Position numbers and translations under genes: made by a program
In this document: in pieces, positions 24,801 to 32,000 of the stretch
How the letters are laid out: each line of letters begins with the position of its first letter
Numbering within the stretch: position 1 is the stretch's first letter
Assembly (NCBI RefSeq): GCF_000020385.1
Contig: NC_010814.1
Coordinates: 1,080,001-1,112,000 of the forward strand
Direction: 5' to 3'
From: Trichlorobacter lovleyi SZ
GTDB lineage: Bacteria > Desulfobacterota > Desulfuromonadia > Geobacterales > Pseudopelobacteraceae
DNA: 32,000 nt
The notes under the pieces: model-generated
What the model saw: only the letters and a program-made list of their open reading frames with translations
Databases searched by the model: none
What the model was told of the DNA's origin: nothing

Positions 24801-24992
24801 ATTGCCCGGTCGGTGGTAGATCTGGCGAATAACCTTGACATGAAGACCGTGGCGGAAGGGGTTGAATCAGAGGAACAGCTGACGATCCTGCAGCAGATCG
24901 GCTGTACCTATATTCAAGGCTTTATCTACTCCCGGCCGGTACAGGCTGATCAGGTTTCAGCAGTGGTGCGGAGATTAGGCGGGGCAGCGTAG
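21885..24992 (+). CDS. Sensor diguanylate cyclase/phosphodiesterase (TM, Cache-like periplasmic domain, TM, PAS, PAS, GGDEF, EAL)
   Basis: It has GGDEF (RLGGDEF) with an I-site RxxD (RDDD) five residues upstream. EAL-domain motifs are EALLRW, DDFGTGYSS and QGF. Alternative starts are GTG 21882 and ATG 21909. Confidence 0.9.
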   Translation: MKWGWADGMYIGKINKFRLQWGILLFGLLLLAGAVIHNLYRNYEDILEAEQQRLLTQSRVIAVNVANRLESTDRILRLIRRELGAYSEKEWSSQIPHQRFELMVDALSGVHSMLVLDARGKVVISNHREALGSNLGGRPYFQAALRDPNPEKLYVTPPFKTLPGTWGIALVRVILNSQGQFSGVVVATLNPEYFKVLLGSVQYAPDMRSCLAHGDGLQFIMEPDRLGQQGMNLAKPGSFFTRHMQSGKKENVLSGTVYSTGEQRLMALSTVQLAVLGMDRPLVIAVSRDLKQLHAGWHKHAVNQAITFSIIVALSISALIGFQGYQREQLAKARAVEQALLDARQQLNDIIDFFPDAVFVIDRNKRVTIWNRAIEKMSGVPKEEMLGKGDHEYSIPFYGQRRTQLLDLLDLDDAELAAKYSNIRRVGEVLDAETFCPALHDGKGAYVWATGVPLYNAAGERIGAIEAIRDISDRKQSELFLKKLTHGIENSASAVVITDTQGVIEYVNKKFIQLTGFSLEEAVGKNPRILKSEATPPEVFVDLWKTILSGREWRGELLNRRKNGEVYWSITSISPLRNDSGEITHFIANVEDINERKNAEATIEHLAYFDPLTDLPNRRMLQDRLELALRRSRRHGSNVALMYLDLDSFKHVNDSMGHPAGDLLLKEMAGRFSGVVRDDDVVCRLGGDEFALILHDIHQDQDVVPIAQKLIEAVAQPVPLDGREVVVTASIGIALFPRDGGDVKNLEKHADIALYHAKEEGKNTFRFYLEELNSTISTRIALEQGLRYAKERQELELHYQPKVCVASGKVSGVEALLRWHSPDFGLVSPIRFIPLAEQTRLIIPIGEWVLRTACLQQVQWREQGLLLNMAVNLSAIQLKSPGLVERVAAIIDETGIQPEHLELELTESALVNNPDEVVQLLERLRTLGCSISIDDFGTGYSSLSYLKSFPVTILKIDRSFVRDLAHNSGDRAIARSVVDLANNLDMKTVAEGVESEEQLTILQQIGCTYIQGFIYSRPVQADQVSAVVRRLGGAA

Positions 24993-25673
24993 TAGCCCTG
25001 CCGTTTGCAGGAAGTTCTGCAGCAGCCGTCTGGCAGTGTTTTGATACGTGCTTTGCACAGCCTGAAAGTCTGCCACCAGTGCATCTGTCCGGCAGGCAGT
25101 GGCCGGATCCCAGGCAGCCCAGGCACGAATGATCTGCTCGGTTACCTCGGGGTGGAACTGTAAACCCCAGGCGTTGCTGCTGACTCGAAAGGCCTGATGG
25201 GGACAGGCGGGCGATGACGCCAGCAGTGTGACCCCAGCGGGCAGGTCAAAACTGTCGTGGTGCCACTGGAAGGTGCTGAAGGGGGAGGGGATGCCGTGCA
25301 AGAGCGGGTCTGCCTCCCCTTTGTCTGTCTGGATTACCTGCAGGGTACCCAGCTCCTCCCAACGGCAGGAAATCACCGGTGTCCCCAATGCTGCAGCCAA
25401 CAGCTGCCCTCCCAGGCAGATCCCCAGATAAGGAATCCCGGCGTGGACCACCTCGGCGATCAACGCCTTGAGCGGTGTCAGAAACGGGTAGCGGGCATCA
25501 TCATTGGCCCCCATCGCCCCGCCCAGCACGATCAAGGCGGTCATCTCAGCCGGGCTGGGCAGCGCCTCACCACGGTAGAGATGATGGAGCCGGAACGCTA
25601 TTTCCAGGGTCTCCAGGTTTTCGGCAAGGTTGCCGGGGGGGACGTCCGGGTCATTTTGGATGATATGCAGCAT
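24975..25673 (-). CDS. Class I glutamine amidotransferase-like protein
   Basis: It has the nucleophile-elbow motif GICLGGQ and the downstream LQFHPE His/Glu motif. Length is 232 aa. Its 3' end overlaps the convergent GGDEF-EAL gene by 18 nt. Confidence 0.82.
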   Translation of the reverse strand: MLHIIQNDPDVPPGNLAENLETLEIAFRLHHLYRGEALPSPAEMTALIVLGGAMGANDDARYPFLTPLKALIAEVVHAGIPYLGICLGGQLLAAALGTPVISCRWEELGTLQVIQTDKGEADPLLHGIPSPFSTFQWHHDSFDLPAGVTLLASSPACPHQAFRVSSNAWGLQFHPEVTEQIIRAWAAWDPATACRTDALVADFQAVQSTYQNTARRLLQNFLQTAGLLRCPA

Positions 25674-25679
25674 AGATCC

Positions 25680-26471
25680 CTACTTCATCGGGTAGTCCGA
25701 TAGTTTGACAAACGTGAAACCACGCTTTTTCAGCTCCGGCATGGCAGCGATGATACCTGCACCGGTACCGGCCTCCGGGTGGTTCATGTGGGCAATGATG
25801 ATGTCACCGGGTTTTGCTGACAGCAGGGCGGTCTTGACCTGGGCTGCACTGTAGCTGGCGCCTGCATCGCCCAGCACAGAAAAACCAATGACCTCATGCC
25901 CGAGCAGCTGTGCAATCTGTACGGCAAACTCGTCGTAGTAGGCGGTGCCGGAGCGATAGTACCTGGTCCGCCTGGCGGTAAGCTTCTCAATCTTGCGGGC
26001 ATTCAGCTCAATCTCTTGCACCAGTTCGGATGCATTCTTTGTGCCGTCAATGCCATAGATCGAGCGGCCGTTGATTGAGGCCGGTTTATGCCACATCCCG
26101 TGGTTGGCTATCTCAAACAGCGGGTTGGCTGCCAGCTGTTTGAACAGCTCCGGGTTGGCATCAATCCAGCGGGCATTGATGAACAGGGTGGCAGGGATCT
26201 GCTGCTCTGCCAGAAAATCAATCAGTTTTTGATCAACGCCCTTTCCCTTGGGAGAACCGCAGGCATCCAGGGTCAGGGCCAGTACCTTGTCGGTCGTGAT
26301 AAGCCGGGTGCGTACACCGGGGACATTTTCAGCCCATTGGGCCGGCTGGGCGGTCTTGAATCCGGCGGTAACACGGTCGGTCAACTGTTGCATTGATTCT
26401 GCCGGTCCTGCCTGGCTCAGAGTGGAAATCAGAAGCATCAGCGCAATACTGAACAGGGCGAGTTTGGTCAT
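25680..26471 (-). CDS. Polysaccharide deacetylase family protein (NodB homology), secreted
   Basis: It has a signal peptide, an LTLDACGS motif and FINARW...ANHGMWH typical of NodB-type deacetylases. Confidence 0.82.
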   Translation of the reverse strand: MTKLALFSIALMLLISTLSQAGPAESMQQLTDRVTAGFKTAQPAQWAENVPGVRTRLITTDKVLALTLDACGSPKGKGVDQKLIDFLAEQQIPATLFINARWIDANPELFKQLAANPLFEIANHGMWHKPASINGRSIYGIDGTKNASELVQEIELNARKIEKLTARRTRYYRSGTAYYDEFAVQIAQLLGHEVIGFSVLGDAGASYSAAQVKTALLSAKPGDIIIAHMNHPEAGTGAGIIAAMPELKKRGFTFVKLSDYPMK

Positions 26472-26480
26472 CTCTTTCTC

Positions 26481-28577
26481 CTATTGAATCCGGTAGAGTG
26501 AGCGGTAGACCGCCATGTAGGCCACGATCTTTTTCACGTAGTCACGGGTCTCCTGATAAGGGATGTTTTCCACAAACTCGTCCCTGGGCAGGTCGCCAAA
26601 GGATTTACGCCAACGGTTGACCGCCCCTGCTCCGGCGTTGTAGGCGGCCAGGGTATAGATCTGATCCTGATGGTACTGGTTCAACAGTTCCCGCAGATGT
26701 TTGGTGCCCAGTCTGATGTTGTATTCCGGCTCGATCAGCCAGAGCGGGTTGTAGTTTTTGCCCTTGTAGCCGGCAGTCATCCGGGCCGTTGCCGGCATCA
26801 GCTGCATCAGGCCGATCGCCCCTGCATGGGATTTGACATCAGCCCGAAAGCTGCTTTCTGCCTTGGCCAACGAAAGCACCAGTGAGTCAGGCAAACCGTT
26901 TGCCGTGCTGTTGCGGCTGAACAGCTCAGCGTAGGGGCGGGGGAACCCGAGCGCCCAGAACGGCAGGGTGGAACGGTCAATTACAGCCGGGCGATTCTGG
27001 TGAAAGGTGACTATCGAACCGTGCAGGTCACCGGCAAGGTACTGCAGACGCGCCATGCCCGGTGCCGTCTCCTTGTCCGGGCCCTTGGCCTTGAAGGCGG
27101 CCAGCTCCGTGCGGGCCTCTTCCAGCATCCCCAGGGCTGCCAGTGCCTGAATCCGTTGGCTGCCTTCAGGCAGTGCAGGCTCGGGGATTCCTTCAGGCAA
27201 CGCCATCCAGCCGGTCGGCTTGTTGGTGCGCAGCCGGTGCCATGCTGCGTAAAAACCGTAGGGGTACTCGCCCAGCAGTTGTTTGTAGGCACGCTCTGCG
27301 TCTGCCGGCCTGTTTTGCCGGTCCTGGCTACGGGCATACCAGTACAGGGCCCGCTCACGATAGAGCGTATCCTTGAACAGCAATCTGAAACTTTCTGCAG
27401 CAGCCGGCAGGTTGCCTGCCAGATACTGGCCCCAGGCCAGCTCCCAGCCGGCCCGGGGGATCAGGCCGGATGACGGAAAATCTTTGATCAGGCGTTGCAG
27501 GATCTGGGATGCATCACTGTGGCGGCCGTTGTGTTTGTTGATCAGGGCTGCCTCCAGCAGGGCATCGTCGGCCAGTGCCCCCTTTTCGGAGGCCAGTGTC
27601 AGCAACCTGGCCAGTGCCTTTTCTGAACCGCCCTGCCGTTCTTCCACCCGTGCCAGCGTCAGCCTGGCCTCATCTCTGGTTGTTGCAGTACGGGCAGCTG
27701 CAGCCCGCTTCAGGAATGGTTCAGCAAGGGAGTAACGGCGCTGTTTGATTGCCGCCTGGCCTGATTTCAGCTCAATCTGTGCCAGCAGTTCTTCAGACAG
27801 ATTGGTGCGGGGGATGCCTGCAAAGACCCAGGCCGCTGCATTGGGCTGGTTGTTGGCCAGCAACAGCTGCCCCCGCCGGAACTGTTCTTCTGCCGTAAAG
27901 GAACCGGCATCCTTCTGGCCTTTCTTCTCCAGTGTCTTCAGGCGCTCCATGACCTTTGAGGCGGGTGTTGAGGCAGGATGCTGCAGATAGATGGTGCGAT
28001 AGAGTTGGGCTGCTGCGCTCAATTCATTCAAACCTTCCTGGCAGAGGGCAGTCTGAAACAGGGCGTCAACATGATCTCTGCCCAGGCTGTGGCGGGTGGT
28101 GAACTGGCGATAGGCAGTCAGGGCTGCCTTCAGGTCACCCGCTTCAAACAGTGCGTCGGCTGCCAGCTTTTCCATCCGGCGGCTGACCGCCGGTGTCGGT
28201 GAACGCTGCGCTGCAGTAGTGGCTGCGGCAGCAGCCTCACGGTACTGTTTTTTGCCGAACAGGGCATCGGCCTTCTGGGCCGCTGCAATATCAGCCAGCA
28301 GCGGATAGCTGCGCTCGGCATCAGCCAGATAGCGGATCGCCTCATCATACCTTTTCAGGCGTAGGGCTGCTTCACCGGCCAGCAGGTTGCGGGGGCCGTC
28401 GGCAGGTGCGTTGGCGGCGGCCTGCAGCGCCTCCTGGTTCTGGTTGTTGCGTAGCAAGCCGGCTGCCTTACGGAGTTGTTCGTTGGCGGTTATGGTGGAA
28501 CCGGCGCAGGTCAATGTTGCCGTGGCGGCCAGCATGGTCAGGGAGCCTGCCAGAAGACGATGCAGTTTGTAGGTCAT
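26481..28577 (-). CDS. Soluble lytic murein transglycosylase (Slt70-like: superhelical repeat domain plus SLT catalytic domain)
   Basis: The C-terminal SLT motif is LSLAKAESSFRADVKSHAGAIGLMQLMPATA...AYNAG. The long N-terminal region is Ala/Leu-rich and helical-repeat-like. I prefer ATG 28577 because it yields a signal peptide; the ORF extends to 28643. Confidence 0.85.
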   Translation of the reverse strand: MTYKLHRLLAGSLTMLAATATLTCAGSTITANEQLRKAAGLLRNNQNQEALQAAANAPADGPRNLLAGEAALRLKRYDEAIRYLADAERSYPLLADIAAAQKADALFGKKQYREAAAAATTAAQRSPTPAVSRRMEKLAADALFEAGDLKAALTAYRQFTTRHSLGRDHVDALFQTALCQEGLNELSAAAQLYRTIYLQHPASTPASKVMERLKTLEKKGQKDAGSFTAEEQFRRGQLLLANNQPNAAAWVFAGIPRTNLSEELLAQIELKSGQAAIKQRRYSLAEPFLKRAAAARTATTRDEARLTLARVEERQGGSEKALARLLTLASEKGALADDALLEAALINKHNGRHSDASQILQRLIKDFPSSGLIPRAGWELAWGQYLAGNLPAAAESFRLLFKDTLYRERALYWYARSQDRQNRPADAERAYKQLLGEYPYGFYAAWHRLRTNKPTGWMALPEGIPEPALPEGSQRIQALAALGMLEEARTELAAFKAKGPDKETAPGMARLQYLAGDLHGSIVTFHQNRPAVIDRSTLPFWALGFPRPYAELFSRNSTANGLPDSLVLSLAKAESSFRADVKSHAGAIGLMQLMPATARMTAGYKGKNYNPLWLIEPEYNIRLGTKHLRELLNQYHQDQIYTLAAYNAGAGAVNRWRKSFGDLPRDEFVENIPYQETRDYVKKIVAYMAVYRSLYRIQ

Positions 28578-28730
28578 AGCGGTACGGTAGTCCTGTGGGG
28601 GAAAATCTGGTTTGTTGAGCTGGTCTCTTTTCAGTAACATCATGCGGCTGTCAGGTCAATGGTGTGAACCGGGGTTTTTCAGCTTTCACTCCCCGCCTGT
28701 TGGGGTATACTCCACCAAAGCGAGGTTTCC

Positions 28731-31700
28731 ATGAACAGACTGACCACTGATTTCAAAGCTGTCTATCAGCGGCTGAACCAGGCCCAGCGCAAGGCTGTGG
28801 ACACCCTTGAAGGTCCGGTGCTGGTGATTGCCGGTCCCGGAACCGGCAAGACCGAGATCCTGGCGGCCCGGATCGCCAATATTCTGCTTTCCACCGATGC
28901 CACGCCGGAGAGTATCCTCTGTCTGACCTACACCGATGCCGGTACCGTGGCGATGCGCAACCGGCTGCTGCAGTTCATCGGTCCCAATGCCTACCGGGTG
29001 GATATCTTCACCTTTCATGCCTTCTGCAACCTGGTGATCCAGGAAAATGCCGATTATTTCGGCCTGCGCAGCCTGACCACCATCTCGGAGCTGGAGCAGT
29101 TCCGTTTTGTGCGGGAGATCATTGATGCCTTTCCCCATGAACATCCCCTGACCCGCTCCACCGGCGATATCCATTTTGAGTCGGACCGGTTACTGGCGCT
29201 GTACGAGATCATGAAGAAGGAAGACTGGTCCGCCGACTGGCTGGCTGCCCGGGTGGATGCCTATGCCGCCACCCTGCCGGATAATCCTGATTTTCTCTAC
29301 AAACGTCAGACCAGGGCCAGTGACGGTACGGTCTATAAAAAAGGTGATCTGAACGAGCGGAAGCTGCGGGAGGAACTGCGAAAACTTGAGCAGTTGAAGG
29401 CAGCGGCCCGAAGTTTTGATGACTACCAGCAGCTGCTGAAAGAGCGGGGACGCTACGACTTTGCCGACATGATCCTCTGGTGCAGTGCCGCCTTCAAACA
29501 GAATGCCGACCTGCTGGCCACGTATCAGGAACGCTACCTCTACCTGCTGGTGGATGAATTTCAGGATACCAGCGGTTCCCAGTTTGAGCTGCTGATGCAG
29601 CTGGCTGATTACTGGGATGCCCCCAACCTGTTTGTGGTGGGGGATGACGACCAGTCGATCTTCCGCTTCCAGGGGGCCAGTGTCGAGAACATCCGGCGTT
29701 TTGTGGAGCGTTACCGTCCGTCACTTACCACAGTTACCCTGACCGACAACCACCGTTCCTCGCAGTTGATTCTGGACGGGGCGGGGGCGTTGATCGGTCG
29801 TAATCAGGAACGTCTGAGCGATGAAAAACAGCTGATCGCCATGAACCCGGAAGTGGCTGCACTGCCGGAGCCGCCGCAACTGGAGGGGTACGCCACCCTG
29901 GCCCACGAGACCGTGGCGATTGCCAACCGGATCGGGGCGCTGCTGGATGCCGGGGTGCTGCCGGAACAGATCGCGGTGATCTACCGCAACCACAGCCAGT
30001 CAGAGGAGATCATCCGTTACCTGACGGCCCGCGGGGTGGCGGTACAGACCCGGCGGCGGGCCGATATCCTGCAGGAACCGCTGATTCTCAAGCTGATGAA
30101 CGTGCTGCGCTATCTGGCCACTGAACTGGAACGGCCCCATTCCGGTGAACGGCTGCTGTTTGAGATATTGCATGAACCCTGGTTCGGGGTACCACCTCTG
30201 GCCCTGGCCAGGCTGTCGGTGGAGATCGCCCGGCAGCGGACCGAGAAACGTCCCAGCTACTGGCGTGAGCAGTTGCCGCTGCGGGGAATGGACAAGGGAC
30301 AACAGGCCCTGTTTCCGGCCAGCGATGACCTGCACCTGCGTCAGGCCGGCGAGACCATTGAAGAACTGCTGCGGGATGCTGCCACCATGACCCTGCAGGA
30401 GCTGCTGCACCATGTCATCACCAGGCTGGGGATTCTGGCCCAGGCCCTGTCGGCCCACGAACGGGTCTGGCATCTTGAACTGCTGAACACCCTGTTTGAC
30501 TTCGTGCGGGAGGAAACCGCCAAACAGCCGCTGTCGCTGCCCGAGCTGCTGGCCATGCTGGCTGATATGCAACGCCAGGGGATCAGTCTGGCCGTGGAAA
30601 AGCTCAGCTATACCGGCGCCGGGGTCAACTTCCTGACCGCCCATGGCTCCAAGGGGTTGCAGTTTGACCATGTCTTCATGCTGGGCTGTACCCGTGGTGT
30701 CTGGGACAGTGCCTCCCGCAACCGTACCTACAGCATGCCCCCTACCATCTGGTCCGGCCCGGCCGGCAGTGAGGAGGAGGAATCGCGCCGTCTGTTCTAT
30801 GTGGCCATGACCAGGGCCCGCAAACAGCTGGTGATCTCCTGGCCGGAGCGGGACAACAAGGAAAAAGAGCTGGAGAAGAGCCGTTTTGTGGCTGAACTGG
30901 CAGAAAGCGGGGGCGGCAGCATCCGCCAGCACGTGCTGAGTGACGACGAACTGCTGGCCTTTGGCAATGCCGTGTTGCAGGCACTACCGGCACGGCTTCC
31001 TGCCGAACTGATTGACGACGCCTTTGTGGACAGTCTGCTGCAGAAGTATTCCCTCAGTGTCACCCACCTGAACAGCTATCTGCGCTGTCCGCTCTCCTTC
31101 TACTTCAACACCCTGCTGCGGGTGCCGGCACCGATGAGTTCTGCCCTGACCTTCGGCTCGGCGGTTCATCACGCCCTGGAACAGCTCTTCCGCAAGATGA
31201 AGGCAGATCCGGCCGGACGGTTTCCCACTGCGGATGTCTTTGTGGAGGATTTCCGCTGGTTCATGCGTCGGCACGAGGAGGGCTTTACCCCGGCAGAGTT
31301 CAGGCGCAGGCTGGAGTATGGCGAGACGATCCTGCCCGGCTTTTACGCTGCCCACCATGCCGGCTGGAAACGGGATGCGCTGGTTGAGTACCCCTTCCGC
31401 AACATCCTGATGGACGGTATCCCGCTGAACGGCAAACTGGATATGCTGGAGTTTTCGGGCAACCATGTCACGGTGGTGGACTACAAGACCGGCAACCCCC
31501 AGAATGCGCGCAAGAAGCTGAATCCGCCCGACCCGGAGAAGGTCGCCAAGGCGCTGGCTGAAGGCAGGGAACCGCATGATGATGACCGGCTGGGCGGTGA
31601 TTACTGGCGACAGGCGGTCTTCTACCGGATTCTGGTGGAACATGAGCCACGCCGCAGCTGGGTGATGACCTCGGCCCGCTTCGAGTTTGTAGAGCCGGAA

Positions 31701-31877
31701 AAGGAAAGCGGCGAATTCCGGTCGGCCCGCTTTGAGGTCTCGGATGATGAGGTGGCCCAGGTCAGGCAGCAGGTCAAAGAGGTCTACGCAAAGATTCAGG
31801 CCAAACAGTTTCACAACGGTTGCGGCAAACCGGAATGTGAATGGTGCAGCTTTGTAAAGCGGTTTGAAGGACGCTGA
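28731..31877 (+). CDS. UvrD/PcrA-type superfamily 1 helicase fused to a C-terminal PD-(D/E)xK (RecB/Cas4-type) nuclease domain
   Basis: Helicase motifs are Walker A (AGPGTGKT), motif II (LLVDEFQDT), VGDDDQSIFRFQGA and YVAMTRAR. The C-terminus has LDML...VVDYKTG (D...DxK). Four Cys are present: YLRCP plus CGKPECEWC. Confidence 0.88.
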   Translation: MNRLTTDFKAVYQRLNQAQRKAVDTLEGPVLVIAGPGTGKTEILAARIANILLSTDATPESILCLTYTDAGTVAMRNRLLQFIGPNAYRVDIFTFHAFCNLVIQENADYFGLRSLTTISELEQFRFVREIIDAFPHEHPLTRSTGDIHFESDRLLALYEIMKKEDWSADWLAARVDAYAATLPDNPDFLYKRQTRASDGTVYKKGDLNERKLREELRKLEQLKAAARSFDDYQQLLKERGRYDFADMILWCSAAFKQNADLLATYQERYLYLLVDEFQDTSGSQFELLMQLADYWDAPNLFVVGDDDQSIFRFQGASVENIRRFVERYRPSLTTVTLTDNHRSSQLILDGAGALIGRNQERLSDEKQLIAMNPEVAALPEPPQLEGYATLAHETVAIANRIGALLDAGVLPEQIAVIYRNHSQSEEIIRYLTARGVAVQTRRRADILQEPLILKLMNVLRYLATELERPHSGERLLFEILHEPWFGVPPLALARLSVEIARQRTEKRPSYWREQLPLRGMDKGQQALFPASDDLHLRQAGETIEELLRDAATMTLQELLHHVITRLGILAQALSAHERVWHLELLNTLFDFVREETAKQPLSLPELLAMLADMQRQGISLAVEKLSYTGAGVNFLTAHGSKGLQFDHVFMLGCTRGVWDSASRNRTYSMPPTIWSGPAGSEEEESRRLFYVAMTRARKQLVISWPERDNKEKELEKSRFVAELAESGGGSIRQHVLSDDELLAFGNAVLQALPARLPAELIDDAFVDSLLQKYSLSVTHLNSYLRCPLSFYFNTLLRVPAPMSSALTFGSAVHHALEQLFRKMKADPAGRFPTADVFVEDFRWFMRRHEEGFTPAEFRRRLEYGETILPGFYAAHHAGWKRDALVEYPFRNILMDGIPLNGKLDMLEFSGNHVTVVDYKTGNPQNARKKLNPPDPEKVAKALAEGREPHDDDRLGGDYWRQAVFYRILVEHEPRRSWVMTSARFEFVEPEKESGEFRSARFEVSDDEVAQVRQQVKEVYAKIQAKQFHNGCGKPECEWCSFVKRFEGR

Positions 31878-32000
31878 CGGCTTTTCTGGGAATTTGGGGT
31901 ATTACTAAAATTCAGACAAATCAGGGGCGGCGATCAACAGCTGTGCGGCATCGTTACCCGTAAAAAGCAGATTGTTGACTGGCTGGGAGGTGCACATTGA

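Noticed and set aside
917-31814. Many long ORFs antisense to or overlapping the called genes, for example 917-1870(+), 5475-6173(+), 16974-17855(-), 20429-21520(-), 23589-24782(-), 30000-30932(-) and 30984-31814(-).
   Set aside because: Each lies entirely inside a gene with strong family motifs on the other strand or frame. Their translations are Arg/Pro/Gly/Ala-rich and low in complexity, as expected for shadow ORFs in high-GC DNA. None has an RBS or a recognisable domain.
31905-32000. A minus-strand reading frame open from the window edge to a TAG at 31905-31907 (...LLFTGNDAAQLLIAAPDLSEF*), possibly the 3' end of a convergent gene.
   Set aside because: Only 31 codons are visible and there is no recognisable motif, so a CDS call cannot be supported from this window alone.
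1-32000. Searched for mobile elements, prophage or defence genes, CRISPR repeats, tRNA/rRNA and an atypical-composition island.
   Set aside because: I found no transposase, integrase or recombinase motifs, no regularly spaced direct repeats and no tRNA-like cloverleaf regions. AT-rich stretches are confined to ordinary promoter spacers (about 6180-6335 and 21690-21880).

Overview
High-GC, gene-dense chromosomal window whose gene content looks Geobacter/Desulfuromonadales-like; that taxonomy is inferred, not verified. About 20 kb is devoted to periplasmic nitrate/nitrite ammonification. One minus-strand cluster encodes an HAO-family octahaem cytochrome, NrfH, NrfA and a NIT-domain chemoreceptor. 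One plus-strand cluster encodes a PAS/sigma-54 activator followed by napD-napA-napG-napH-napB, a napF-like gene and a TvNiR-type octahaem nitrite reductase with a CXXCK haem. Between them lie a TetR plus DevBCA-like tripartite ABC exporter and a redox/stress block: a hemerythrin-like protein, an orphan NapH-like polyferredoxin, a small trihaem cytochrome c, a ferritin-like diiron protein and Bcp. The right side holds a Cache-PAS-PAS-GGDEF-EAL protein, a lytic transglycosylase / polysaccharide deacetylase / GATase1 operon and a UvrD-type helicase fused to a PD-(D/E)xK nuclease. I saw no rRNA, tRNA, CRISPR array, transposase or integrase. The strongest non-coding signal is four intergenic TTGAY-N4-GTCAA palindromes, each about 41.5 nt upstream of a predicted transcription start. 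They link hao-nrfHA, the NIT chemoreceptor, the hemerythrin-like/NapH-like pair and the trihaem cytochrome into one putative CRP/FNR-type regulon. All functional calls rest on motifs read by eye; no database search was run.
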